Program-made: the position numbers and the translations under genes
In this document: positions 1 through 12,469 of the stretch, piece by piece
Layout of the letters: each line of letters opens with the position of its first letter
Position numbering within the stretch: the first letter of the stretch is position 1
Assembly (NCBI RefSeq): GCF_009914755.1
Contig: NC_060928.1
DNA from: the human T2T-CHM13v2.0 reference genome, Homo sapiens
Strand: one strand, 5' to 3'
DNA: 64,000 nt
The notes under the pieces: generated by a model
The model's database searches: none
What the model saw: only the letters and a program-made list of their open reading frames with translations
Told to the model about the DNA's origin: nothing

Positions 1-1473
1 ATTCTATGACCTGTCCTCAAACTCACTGTTTCTAATGTCTGTCATCTCCACTCCTATTATGTTCATGAAGTTTAACATTATGGGTTTTTTTCTATAATTT
101 CCATTTAGTTATTTTTATAAGTATTCTTTCTTTACTGAAATTTTCTGTGTTGTCACTTGTTTCAGGATAATTTGAAATTAAATATTGAAGCATAGTAACG
201 ATGACTTCATTAACTATGATGAAAATCCATATTAGATAATTGCAACATCTGATTCATCTTAGTGTTATATCAATTGTCTTTTCTCACTTAGGTTGTGGTT
301 GTCTTGGTTCTTGGAATAATAGCTAACTTTTAATTGTATCCTGGCCATTTTGTCTATTATATTAGGAGATTCTGGATTCTATTTCATTTTTTTAAAGCAG
401 TTACCCTATTTCTAGCCTACTTTTTAATCCTGTAATTCTAATGGCAATTTAAATGTTAGAACCTTGGTGGTGTTATTTTGATCTGATTGGTTTATGTGGT
501 ACTGTAGGAATTCCCACTTGCCTGTTGATGTTCCCTGAGTGTGTGGAAGGAGTTTTCTCAGTCTGGGTTGCTGTGTCTCTCACAGTGGCAGAAGGGTGGC
601 AAGGGATCCACTACCCATGACCCCTACTTCACAGTTTCTCTGAGTAGGGAAGATGATTCTCAGGTCAGGAGTGTAAAAGAGATGTCCTAGGTCTGGCAGC
701 TTGTTGTTACTGGGTCCCTATTGCTGATTCTGCCACCAGCGCTAGTGACCCTGGACAGAGAGGAGTTTTCTAGGCCTGGGTAATTACCATTGTTGAGTCC
801 TCTTGCCTCTTTTGCCCATCTGACATAATTCTTCCTCAAAGGAAGTTGCGTAAAAGAGACTCCTCAGGCAGGAATTCTTGCTATGGCTTGGTCCCTCTAG
901 AAGGTTCTGCTGGCTTCTCTTGCCTACCCAGTGTTGCTGGGTAGAAAATGGGTGTCTCAGGACCAAAGAGGCATCCAAGACCAAGCCAATTGTTGTGACT
1001 GAGTCCCTCCTGCTGCTTCCACTCATTGTTTCCAGTATCTCTTGGAGGGGAAGAGAATCTCAATCAAGTGGGAAAGGGGAGTGCTTCATGGCTGATTTAA
1101 ATTGATGGGATTACTTGTTGATTGATCCTCCTTTTATTGGTGTCAGACTTGTCCAGTGTTCTCAGAGGTACTCTTAATTGATCTCAGAAGAGAAATTAGA
1201 ATATGTGGGCTGCCTTCTGTTGCTAGGTTGGAATCAGAAAATGCCTGGTCTGACTTCATTTTCTCCTCTTGGTTGGGGTAAATGTAAGACATTCCCCGCT
1301 ACTCTGTTTTTCCTCCAACCCTGGGATCCCAAACCGGTCTGTTCTCTTATCACCTTCCAGAGTTCTTCTTTGGTTGTTGGTTGCATTATTTCCAGCTTAC
1401 AGCTGTGCTTAGCAGGGAGGAGCAAGAAGAAGCAGGTCTATACCAGATATACTTGTCTGGAACAGAAGTCCCA
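1..1473 (-). mobile_element. Ancient L1M-type LINE-1 5' UTR/ORF1 remnant
   Basis: T-rich antisense L1-like sequence ending in ...ttgtctggaacagaagtccc, whose reverse complement (gacttctgttccagacaag) resembles old L1M 5' ends. No intact ORF. Confidence 0.55.
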
Positions 1474-3129
1474 CACCATTTAATTTTGACAGTGATTTGT
1501 TTTTAATAGCTGTGCAAGAACTACACTTAATGCTTAACATCCATACCCCAAATATTTGAATGTTTTATTTATCTTTTTCTCTTATATAAATTTTAAAGCA
1601 GTTTTGCAGCCCAATGATAATATATTATTCCTATAGAGGTAATTCACTAAGATTTATTTTTAAGTTCTAAAATCCTTTGATGATGACTTGATCTTTGCTA
1701 TCATAGCTTAAGTGTAAAGTTTTCTGATAGCTCATTCAACCAAGGCTTTGTACCATTTATTGTTCACTGGAACCTTCTCTTAGAATGAGATTGAGCAGCT
1801 TTGCATAAAATGAGGAGGTAAGAAAGGATAAAAAGAAAGGGATATAAATTGGCTTAGTTCTAATATTTAAAAACATTTTGGAAGAGAAATATTATCTTTA
1901 ACAAGAATAATGATGGGAGCGTTGAAGTGACTGGAGATACTGTGAATATGTACTTTGAAATTTAGATGTAGATTGAGCACAAAGAAAATACCAATTTTAT
2001 TTGAAAAGATATATTTCTAATTAATAACTTTTCAACAAAGCTTTTCTAAGTTCTATCATGGCAAATAGAATTGTTAATTAAATGTTTAATGTTATTTATA
2101 AGAAACATAACACTTTGGGGTTACTTGTTCAGTGTAGTCAAACTGTATATTTATGAGCTATTATCCAAACTTTAAATTAGAAACCACTGAAGAACATATG
2201 CATATTGAACCTGTGTTCATTTTACAATATTTGCTGGCATAATTTTAGTGGGGAAAATTATTCAGACTTATATAATTCTAATAACTTTGGTTTTATGACA
2301 TTGTTGGGTATATATATATATGATTTATTTGATGCCAAAACATTGGTTAGGAAGGCAATAGCTAATTATAACTTTTTCATGGTAAATCACTTTCATTTAT
2401 ATGGCATGGTTTCTACTAGCAAACTATGAAAAGTAGAAACTACTACTAATAAATGCTTCTGTGCATAAACACATTCACTGAGCAACTGAAACAAATTGCT
2501 CAGGATCAAAATTTGGTCGAATCATATGACTCTGGAATAATCACGTTATATATTGCCAATTTTGAATCATTATCACTACCACTCTTTTTCCCAATTTACC
2601 ACAGTAAGTATTTGGTCCAGAATCTCTTCATCATTGACTCTGATATATTTACTCTGTCAAGCAGATTTTGTCCTTTTTTTCCTTATGGTATCTAGTACTA
2701 AAAGAATTTTATTCCATACATTTTCTGAGAAAATCTAATTTGCTTTTCCAATTGCTTAGAATTAGTCTATTGGCAGACATGGAGGCCCTTAAGGAGCCAT
2801 TTGCTCTCTCAGTTTAGTGTGCAGAACAAATTAGTACTTCCCAAAATAATACCAATTAAGCTAACGTTAAAAAGTTAGTATCTATGTTAATCTCAGGAGA
2901 CAAGTTATCGCATCCCTCCAAAAGGGCTGCCACTCAAGGGCAATGCTTTTCAGATTGCATAGTATGCTACTTTTATATTATTCTCCGAAGATCTGCTTTT
3001 GCTAGATGCTATCTACCATTACTATTTCTACTGCTGCTGCTGCTGCTGACACACTATTACACTTATATACAGACACCATATTTTTTCAATCCACAAATTT
3101 TAGCATTCATTTTGACAATTGTACTGGGT

Positions 3130-3245
3130 AGGAGTTCAAAAGACCTGAATTCTTTTTCTAATTCTTTTAAAACTACTGTGTGACATTAGACAATCATTTT
3201 AATATTCTATCAGTCATTTCCTCATTTGAAAAATTAGCACACTGG
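3130..3245 (+). mobile_element. MIR fragment
   Basis: actgtgtgacattagacaatcatttt...cagtcatttcctcatttgaaaa resembles the MIR core. Confidence 0.5.
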
Positions 3246-3247
3246 AC

Positions 3248-3451
3248 TAAATCAACTGGTGCGCTAATGCTCTTGGACCAATTTTGGTAAATAGTGTTTT
3301 ATTGCAACATAGCCATGTTCCTTCATGTATGTATGTGTATAACTACTTTCATACTGCAACACCAGAGTTGAATATTTGCATCACAGACCCTATGACCTGT
3401 AAGCCTAAATATTTATTATGTGTACCTTTCAGAGAAAGTTTTTCAATCCTG
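3248..3451 (+). mobile_element. MER58A (hAT-Charlie) DNA transposon fossil
   Basis: gtaaatagtgttttattgcaacatagccatg...agagttgaatatttgcatcacagacc...aagcctaaatattt...agaaagtttttcaatcctg follows the MER58A consensus. Confidence 0.75.
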
Positions 3452-4410
3452 GATCAAATGATCAAAGTTTTTTTTCCAGTTGTACACATTTATCACTCAA
3501 GAAGATTCTGGTGGAAAAAAAATCTTAGCCTGCCTACCAAATATGAAAATAGTTTTAAATTATTTAATTTTCTCTTGTGAAACTTCTCCAAATTACAAAG
3601 TCATCCCAGTTCATTTAAATACAGAGTTATCACAAGTGATAGTCCTATTGAGTGAAGACAGAGTGATAAACCCAATGGTAGTCATATTTTTTAGCAGTTT
3701 GCCCATTTTTCTAATACTTCAATATTGTCGTCTCAATTATAAGAGATGTAGCTTAATCCTAAATCCATCTACATTTATTGGGAGATTTTTATTCAAAGTC
3801 CATTTTGAAAAACAGTCACATTTCTCAAATTGTCAGAAATCAAATGGAAGAAAAAATATAAAGTGAAAATATAAATGACAAATTCCTAAATTTATAGGAA
3901 AAAATGTAGATGTATATAGAGATTGGAAGTATATGTATGTTTACACTAATTGGTAGAAGATATTAACAGTGAAGGCCCTAGTTTTATTATACATCAGGGA
4001 GGATGATTGGCATTCATATTGGATTGATGCCTAATGTGTTTTCTTTTTCTGTGACTTTCAAAGCACTAAAATGAAAATATGTCAATTATGTGGCCACTGG
4101 GAAGTGATGAACCATCAATTTTCAAATTAGTAAAAGATCTTAAAACCTATGATCAGGAACTTAATTGCACATTAGAGGCAAATTGGGAATTACTGCAGCA
4201 TTGTGAGAAGAGAGTGAAAACATCAATTTATTGTGAAACTTTTTGACTGAAGAATGGAAATAAATTACAGAGCACAACCAAAGTCACACCAGAGAAACCT
4301 AGGACAGTTATATAAATGAGATTTTCCTTCTCTCTTACTTCTTACAAGATCTTTATCAGCTGAGCTATCATATGTGTTTATCTTGTTTAATTTTAGTTTA
4401 TATAAAATAT

Positions 4411-5135
4411 TGTGGTAGAGTTTTGGCAAAAATGGGCACAACTATTCCCTCAATGGTATCCACATCTCTTGCAGTGTGGTTTTGGCGGTGCTGCCATTAA
4501 AACGTGGAGTCCATTTCCCTACAACTTAAATCTGGGCTGGCCTTATGACCTGGTTTGGCCAACTGAATTCAATAGAATTGTTTATATACTAGTTTTGAAC
4601 AGACTTCATGAGACGTTTCTTTCTTCTACTCTTTCAAAGGAAGTCCCAATACCCTTCACATCACAATATTTTAAAAGCCCTATATAGTCTCTGCAGCATT
4701 GAAATAGGGTTGGCTTTTGTATTCAGTAGAATGCAGCATCAGAGACAGTTTCTGACCTCTTAAACCAGGTGAGAAGTACATTATGTCTGGACTTCTGGAG
4801 TAGTAACATGGGGAAGCCAGCTACCAGTTATAAGGACACACAAGCAGTCTCATGGAGAGAGTTTAACATGGAGAGAAACCTCCTTGTCAGTACCAGCTCG
4901 CCAGCCATATGGCTGAACTACCTTGGAGAGCGATCCTCACACCCTAGTCAGGCCTAAAGATGACTGGAGTTGCAGATGACATCTGACTACAGCCTCACAA
5001 GAAACCACAAGCCAGTATTGTCCAACTGAGCTGCTCCTGAATTCCAGCTCCACAAACCCTTCAATTGCTATCCTTTGACTGTTTGGTTTTTTTATATGTT
5101 ATACAACTATTTCTAACAATAAAGGGTAACTGAAC
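4411..5135 (+). mobile_element. MLT1 (ERVL-MaLR) solo LTR, old subfamily (F/G/H-like)
   Basis: Starts tgtggtag...aaaaatgggcacaa, contains aaatctgggctggccttatgac and gcagatgacatctgactacagcctc, ends ...gtaactgaaca. Confidence 0.65.
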
Positions 5136-5322
5136 AGGGTACGGGGGCTTTAGCTGCATGAGGAACTATGGCCTGTTGGTGGTGGCAGAGGTAGTATGGG
5201 CAAGTATGATGCATTTAAATTTCTCTGTCTTAATAATTTGTTTCCCTACAATGAGCAAATTCTGATTCAAAATGTTTGTCCTTTTCTATTCATTCTTCGA
5301 TTTCATGAGATTGTATTAATTT

Positions 5323-5373
5323 TGTGTGTGTGTGTGTGTGTGTATATGCACACACACACACACACACACACAC
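5323..5373. repeat. (TG)n followed by (CA)n microsatellite
   Basis: About 10 TG units, an atatg spacer, then about 12 CA units. Confidence 0.95.
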
Positions 5374-5515
5374 TCACTCTTATTGTTTGATGTATCAGCT
5401 TTACATATCTTATATCTGGCTTGTTAAAGAGGAGGAGTTTGGCATAACTACATTACCACAAAAATTATTATAATCTTTGAGCTCTCAAATTTTGCTAGTT
5501 ATACAAATGCTACAT

Positions 5516-5575
5516 TAGATAGATAGATAGGTAGATAGATAGACAGATAGAGGTTGAGAGAGAGAGAGAGAGAAA
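5516..5575. repeat. (TAGA)n/(GA)n microsatellite at the Alu tail
   Basis: tagatagatagataggtagatagatagacagatag...gagagagagag. Confidence 0.9.
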
Positions 5576-5858
5576 GAAAAAGACAATGTCTCACTCTGTT
5601 GCCTAAGCTGGCCTGCAGTGATGTGATGATAGCTCACTGCAGCCTTGACCTCCTGGTCTCAAGCGATCCTCCTGCCTCAGTCTCCAGAATAGCTGGGACT
5701 ACAGGCACATACCACCATGCCTGCCCATTTTTAAAAATAATTTTGTAGAGATAAGGGCTTTGCTAAGTTGCCCAGGCTGGTCTCAAACTCCTGGCCTCAA
5801 GTGATCCTCCTGCCCTGGCCTCCACTGGGATTATAGGCATAAGCCACTGCACCAAGCC
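5555..5858 (-). mobile_element. AluJ
   Basis: Antisense dimeric Alu with J-type features (gatagctcactgcagccttgacctcctgg, gatcctcctgcc). Confidence 0.9.
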
Positions 5859-5859
5859 C

Positions 5860-6250
5860 ATCATCACTATTTTTAATCATAGTATTAACTATATTCCTTA
5901 CATTTATGTTAATTGTCAAATATTTCCTTTCTGCTAGTTTTTAACCATTCATCTCTTAGTCGGCAGAAGTTTGTTCCTTAGGAGATAGTTTCTTCAAGAA
6001 GACTCATGGGAACTGAATTGCATGGCCACAACAATTTATTCTTGTCTTTATACTTGAATGGCTGGAAATACAATCATTAAGTCAGATTTTCTTTAAGGAT
6101 TTTAAAGACATTGCTCTAATACTTTTTAGTATTCAATGTATTATTTGGAAAATCTGAGGTTAGCCTGACTGATTTTATACCAAGACTGAATTTAATATTT
6201 TTGATAAGCTGCCAAGGGTTCTTCACTTTTTTTTTTTTTTTAAATCTAAC
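5860..6250 (-). mobile_element. HAL1/L1ME-like fragment
   Basis: ctttatacttgaatggctggaaatacaa...aaaatctgaggttagcctgactg resembles antisense HAL1/L1 ORF1 sequence. Confidence 0.45.
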
Positions 6251-6284
6251 ATTTACTAAGTGATTAGCATATGTTATGAAATAA

Positions 6285-6440
6285 CTATACAGGAGGTTTA
6301 ATCCTTATCCCCATTTTTATAGATAGAAAAACTGAGGCACAGAAAGTTAAGTGAGTTTCCCAGTGCCATACAGGAACTAAGTGACTCAAATTTTTCCAAA
6401 ATAGTGGCAAGGGTCCCAGAAAGACTGATTCTCCAGTTCT
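6285..6440 (-). mobile_element. MIR
   Basis: ttatccccatttttatagatagaaaaactgaggcacagaaagttaagtga is the antisense MIR core. Confidence 0.8.
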
Positions 6441-6549
6441 AGGAATATTGAACTTGGGTTTTCTTTCTGTGTTGTCAATCCTGAACAACATGCATGTTGT
6501 ATCCTTCTTCTCAGCATTCTTTGCTCATTTGCATAGATTCAATTTTTTA

Positions 6550-7380
6550 ACGTTTTTTTTTTCTTTCTGTTGAAGCACTCCCTTTAACACTTTTCATAGT
6601 ACAGATCTGGTGGTGAGAAATTCTCTGATTTTTGTCTAAAATGTCTACATTTTTCTTTGACTTTTGAAAGCTATTATTGCTGGGTATAGAATGCTAGTTG
6701 ATTATTTGTTAGCACTCTAAAGATATCACTCCATTGTCTTCTGTTATGGAGTCATTCATATCTTGGTTCTTTCTGTGCATAATGTTATTTTAATCTCTTG
6801 TTGCCTTTAAAATTCTTTATTACTGGTATCAGCACATTCAGTTAAAATTTAGCTTGGTGTGGTTTTCTATGTGTTTATCTAGCTTAGAGTTCCTTGAGTT
6901 TCTTAGATCCCTTTAGAGCTTTCCTTAAATGACCAAAAATCCTGACCATTATTTTTTTAAGTCTACCTCTCTTTTTGTATTTTCCACTGGAGCTACCATT
7001 CTGTGTGTGTTAGACCACTTCAAATTATTGATTATTTATCCATTTCTTTTCAATCTTTGTTCCCTGTGTGAGTCACTTTAAATGATTTTCTGCCCTATAT
7101 TTAAATTGTCTAATTTTTTCCCTGCGGGATCTAAGTTGCAGTTAATTCTATCCATAATACATTCATTTATTTTTCATCATTACAAGTTCCATCTGGCATT
7201 TATTTTTTATCTCAAATTTCTTTTCTTGTTATATTTTCCCTTTCATCCATGAGCATATTGAATGTATTTATAATAGTTTAACATCTTAGTTTGTTATTGA
7301 TAGTTTCACCATCTCTGTCATTTCTGGATATGTTTCTACTGACAGAGCTTTCTCCTGGTTATGGGTCAATTCTACATCTG
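6550..7380 (-). mobile_element. Old L1ME ORF1-region fragment
   Basis: tttgaaagctattattgctgggtatagaatgctagttg and atatcactccattgtcttctg are typical of antisense old L1 ORF1. Confidence 0.6.
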
Positions 7381-7499
7381 TCCTGATGAATAAAGAGCTT
7401 TTTATAATTAGTATTCACTGCTCAGAAATAAAGATTATATGCTGGGCTGAGAAAATACATTATTAAGGTGAAAAAATATACTCTATCAAAGCTCTTCAA

Positions 7500-8200
7500 T
7501 CCTGTTTCCCATTTCCAGTTATAAAGAAATCACATAAAATCAAACATTTGAGAAAATTCAACAAATTCAAGGTGAATTGAAATCAAAACACAGACAAAAT
7601 TAACATCCAAGGGAAAGTAACTAAACAGTAAAAAGGAAAAGTAAAATTTTAAACACATGAAATATTTGTACAAAATTTCTTTAGAATAATTCAACTGAAG
7701 AAAACAAACTAAAACACAACCAAACACTTTTGATAAGAAACAACTTCCTTTTGAAAGTTAAAAGCAGCTGCATGAAGAACAATTTCTCAATAGATAGGTA
7801 AAATAGCAGGGAGTGGGGGATACATGACAGAAGATTAAACAACTAACTTAGAAGATGGAACTGAGCATTTCTTCCAGAACATGAACTAAAAGAACAAAAT
7901 GATGAAAAACATGGAAAGATGAAGAATAGAGCCAGGAGTTCCAACATTTGTCTAAGATTTTCAACAGTTGTCTACTTGGAAAATACATACAGAAGGAATA
8001 TAATATAAAATAATAGAGAGAAAAAAATCTCTGAGCTGGAAAAACAACTAAACAAAATTGTTTCAGATTGAGAGACCAGCAGAAATACAAGAAAAGGCAA
8101 ATATCTTAAATAGACTAATAAAATATTATAAATCCAAGGAAAAGAAAATTCTAAAAACAGAATAAAAATAAAAACAAAACAGATTTGCTAACAACAATTC
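7500..8200 (+). mobile_element. Old L1/HAL1 ORF1-like fragment
   Basis: A-rich, with ccaacatttgtctaa...ataatagagagaaaaaaatctctgagctg...tttcagattgaga. Confidence 0.5.
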
Positions 8201-8329
8201 CAAAGTTTTGTATTCATCTCTCCAGGAATATTTAAGAAATCTGAAGACTCCCCCACTTATTACTATTTTTAGTGTAAACAGGAATTAATCTAGGGACAAA
8301 ATAGGTAAACAAAATTTTAATTGTGGGAT

Positions 8330-8545
8330 TCCACTCTCCTTTTACCTTATTTTACCTTATTTTTTCCATGGCACTTGGTAGCTTTTTACATACTGTATAA
8401 TTTACATATTTATGAAGCTTAATGGTTATGTTTCCTTTAAGGAGAATATAAGCTCCATGTAGGTAGGTGTTTTTGTTTACTGATTGCCCCCAAAACTTAG
8501 AATAGCGACTGAAACAAAATAGTTTCTCGATATTATTTGCAACAT
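8330..8545 (+). mobile_element. L2 3' end
   Basis: agaatataagctccatgtaggtagg...ttttgtttactg...cttagaatagcgactg. Confidence 0.6.
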
Positions 8546-8779
8546 AAATTCTTTATAATAGAAAACATTGGAAGCTACTTTAATGTTCATCAATAAGAAA
8601 ATGGTTATATGATATACAGTACATACCCAGATCATGTACTGGTTAAATAAAGTGACAAAATTCTGTATTATTGAATGCAAAATCACAAGCCCATCTGTAA
8701 GCATGTAAATGTCTAAAATAAGTAGTAAAGTATATTCTGAAATACTAAGTATAATTATTACCAGTTGGAATTGAGAAAT

Positions 8780-9860
8780 GGTCAGTCAATAGTCAAGAAG
8801 TATTTTACAAAAGCTTATGTACCAGGTAATATTATAGGAATTGGGGTATACCAGTGAACAGGTTCTTACAGCAAAGATGATTACATTTTAGTGAGTAGAA
8901 AATAATTTACAAGCATAACTAAGATAATTTCAGAAACTGAGAAGTACTACAAAGAAGATAAAACAGGGTTGTATTGTGGAAATTAACATGGGAGATGTTG
9001 ACTGTCTTTTATGGGTTGGTTGACTTATTTTATAGTTTGGTCTGATGGTATCTCTGAATGACGAACGTTTAAGCTGAAACCTGGATATGAGAAGGAGGGC
9101 AGTATAAAGATCATGAAGATTTAGAGAATAAGCATTGGAAGAAGAAAAAGGAAAGAACAATCAGCAAATGCAAAAGACCTGGGATGCAAATGTACCCAGC
9201 ATAAGCGAAGGGCGAAGAAAGACCAAGGCATATGGAGCATAGCAAGTGAGGACACGGCTTGAGGGGACAAAATGAAAGAGGTAGGCCAGGGCCTCATTTC
9301 AGTCACTTGACTTCAACATTGGAGTGTGTGTTTAATGCGGGGAGCATCAGTGGTGATATGGCTTGGCTGTATCCCCACCCAAATCTCAACTTGTAGTTCC
9401 CATAATCCCCAGTGTCATGGAAGGGACAAGGTGGAAATAATTGAATCATAGGGCGATTTCCTCCATCCTTTTCTCCTGGTAGTAAGTTTCATAAGGGGCT
9501 TCCCCCTTGGCTGGGCACTCATTTCTCTCTCCTGCCACCATGTGATGAAGGACGTGTTTGTTTTCCTTTCCGCCATGATTGTTAAGTATCCTGAGGCCTC
9601 TCTAGACCTGTGGAACTGTGAGTCAATTAAATGTCTTTCCTTCATAAATTATCCAGTCTCGGTCAGTTCTTTATAGCAGTGTAAGAATGGACTAATACAA
9701 ATGGGATTTCAGAAATTCAGAGTTGTGGTCTGATTCTCACTTATAACTGGTATCATGGTCAGGAGGACCAAGGGTGAGTCCAGACAGAAACCTGTTAGAA
9801 GCTGATATAGTAATCCAGGTGAAAGATTGTGGTGACTCTGAGCAGTGTGGTGAGCAGTAG
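8780..9860 (-). mobile_element. L2a fragment interrupted by a THE1 LTR
   Basis: Purine-rich antisense L2 (caaatgcaaaagacctggga, gaaagaccaaggcatatggagcatag, gtaatccaggtgaaagattgtggtgactctg). Confidence 0.7.
9354..9699 (+). mobile_element. THE1 (C/D-like) MaLR solo LTR
   Basis: tgatatggcttggctgtatccccacccaaatctc...gaactgtgagtcaattaaa...ggactaataca; 5-bp TSD agtgg/aatgg with one mismatch. Confidence 0.9.
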
Positions 9861-11309
9861 GGCTTTCACTTATCAACATCTATTCTTTTGTGTATCCTTT
9901 CTTCCTGTCTTTCTCTGTGCTCTTCCCCTTTTCTCTTTGTCTCCCTCTCTCTCTCTTCGAGCACATAAATTTTGTGCTCCTGGCTACAAAGAAGTCTCTC
10001 CAAAATTCATATTATTCTAGATAAAGCTTTAGAGATAATTGTAGTAGTGACACTGATTAGTAGCAGTACTAACTGTGGCAGACGGTTTGAAAATAGAGAC
10101 TTATTTCATCCCACTTATATGGCTTTGGGGTGTATTTAGTTTCAAGGGGGAGGTGCCATCTTTGCTATATTCATTTACAATCCATCATATGTGCTGCAAT
10201 GGGAAGGGGCATCCACATTTGTTGTGTTTTCAATGGCTTGTCAAAAAGAGCTGACCTAACAGACATTCAGAGTATTTGGAGAAATACTTGTTATACTCTA
10301 AAGTGTTTTCAAATAACGGTTTTCAGACTCAGGGCAGAATTGGAAATGTACTGAAATGTTTAGAAATCTCTCTCCACTATAGGGATTTTGCTATTTGTGT
10401 CTCGTAGGAAATAGCTTTCCATAGGCATAAATTTGACAGTAATTATGTCAAAGACAACTAAAAATCTGATTTGCTAACATCCATGAAGGAAGAAGTTCAG
10501 GTTACTAAATTAGAAATGTCTACTTTGGATCTGAAAATAATTTCTTATATCCCATAGGAGAAAAGATGTGACTGACCCAGTCTCTGCAAATAGTTAAAGG
10601 AAGAGGTATGATTTCACTCCTAATTGGCTTTCTAAGTCAAACACTTTGTTAACACTTGGTATGCATGACATTTTGGAGAGTATAACACCTTGTCAGTTCA
10701 TATTTGACCCACTTATGTGGGGCCAGTGTGCCAATAAGGGCAAAGCTAAGTCAGGCTGGTACCCATCATAGCACTGCTGTTTATAATGCCAGCAACTTTG
10801 AGTTTGGCTTGTTTTGTTAATTTCTCATTGAACTGCATTTCTCCTGTAGAATAGAAAGCATCACTATATGGATTAAGTTACTAGATAGTAGAAATAACTA
10901 TGCTTATTGGCATAGTAGTATTAACATAGAAGACAGAAAATGAAAATAAAATATCCATGTGAGAAACATAAAAAGTACTACAGTCCTGCAAATATCAGGT
11001 GAATATACTGCTTTGTGGTCTACTAGATAAACTAGAAATGAATAGAAAATACTTGTGAGAATTTTAATCCCCAATTCCTATTTATTAATTTTGAGTATGT
11101 ATAGCATCTGAACATTAGAGGCATTGTGTCTTAATTGCTAAACCAGCTATGATTATGCTTTCTATAGTAGAAAATGTTGATGTTCAACTCAGTAGAAACC
11201 ATTGGATAATTAAGTTCAGTTCATGTCTGCTATAATGGCATTCTGTATGCTTTAGCATTTGTCACTTTCAAAAGTATCCCAGTTTTGATGACAAACAGCA
11301 TGGGCACCA

Positions 11310-11846
11310 TAGCATTTAGGACCCTCTTGCTAATTTTGTTCAGGCATCCACCATATCCCCCAGTCAGACCAAATGACTCAAAGGAAGGTGACTATCTCCA
11401 TCTGCCGGAGTGGGTCCTGATATGTCTAATCCAGAGATTGACTTAGAAACTCATGTTATGCTTTATCTAATCAGCAGTAGGCATTCTCCCAGGGACACTT
11501 TAAACTCTTGATCTTTATGGTGTACACATGACCTAAGTTATCTGACTCAAAATAAAAGGAAATTTTTCATAGCTGGGGAAGAGGGAAAGTTGTCTCTCCT
11601 TTAGAAATAAACAGAAGGATATGGTCTTTATGTTTGAAGGCAATTATTTTGCACCCATGAGGGTAGGTAACTTAAAGATGAAGCTGAATCAGACAGGCGA
11701 ATTAAGGAAATCGCTGGAGTCCTACTCATAGCCCACTGGAAGACAATCTACCTTCATACATCCTATTCTTTAAGATAATGAATTCCTTTATTGTTTATGC
11801 CAGTTTGAGGCAGTATTTTTAAAAAATAAAATATCCTCATAAATAC
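11310..11846 (+). mobile_element. MLT1K/L-like old MaLR LTR
   Basis: ggtgtacacatgacctaagtt, gcaattattttgcacccatgaggg and ttgtttatgccagtttgagg...taaataca. Confidence 0.55.
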
Positions 11847-12469
11847 ACTCTTATGAGGTTTTTCTAAAAATAAGATTTTTCAAATAAAATGTTTTACACA
11901 GTGTTTGAAATAGTAAACACAGTAATTTATTTTTAACATATCTGGGAGAATGCTGTTACAGTAAATCTAAGTGCAAATACTCAAATTTATAGAATTTTGG
12001 ACCTTAGATATGCAAAATTCTTTTATAAACTCAAATAAGAGCACTTTCTAGAGAGATGAGATATTTTCTCATATCAGCAACCAAAATCTAGACAAATTAG
12101 GTTAGAAGCTAGTAAGTACTTAGGTATTCTTTCTCTGGATATAACAACTTCTCTTCAGCCACATCACTGTTTCTTACTTGAGTGGACACAACTTGTGGTT
12201 AAACACCAGCCTGACTCAATGAACTATCATGGACATCTGCGTGAGTATATAAATGTGTACATGTTTCTGGACATCCAGTGTGTAGTCATTCTGCTTCTAG
12301 TAATAACATTCAAAAATTGGGAGGAGAGAATCTACTCCTTTCCTTTGTTAACCTATGTGGTTTGAAGAGGGTTCTACCCACTCTTCTAAGGCAAAGCATG
12401 TGTTCAAAGTCAAGTTGGAATCAGGGCATCATTTTCTCCCTGGCCAGGAATAAATATTTACCATAGCAG

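Noticed and set aside
3031-3048. (CTG)6 trinucleotide repeat
   Set aside because: Short and not in a supported coding context.
10408-10500. Possible exon (ctcgtag acceptor ... CAG/gttact donor)
   Set aside because: All three frames contain stops and the donor is weak. A non-coding exon cannot be supported without transcript data.
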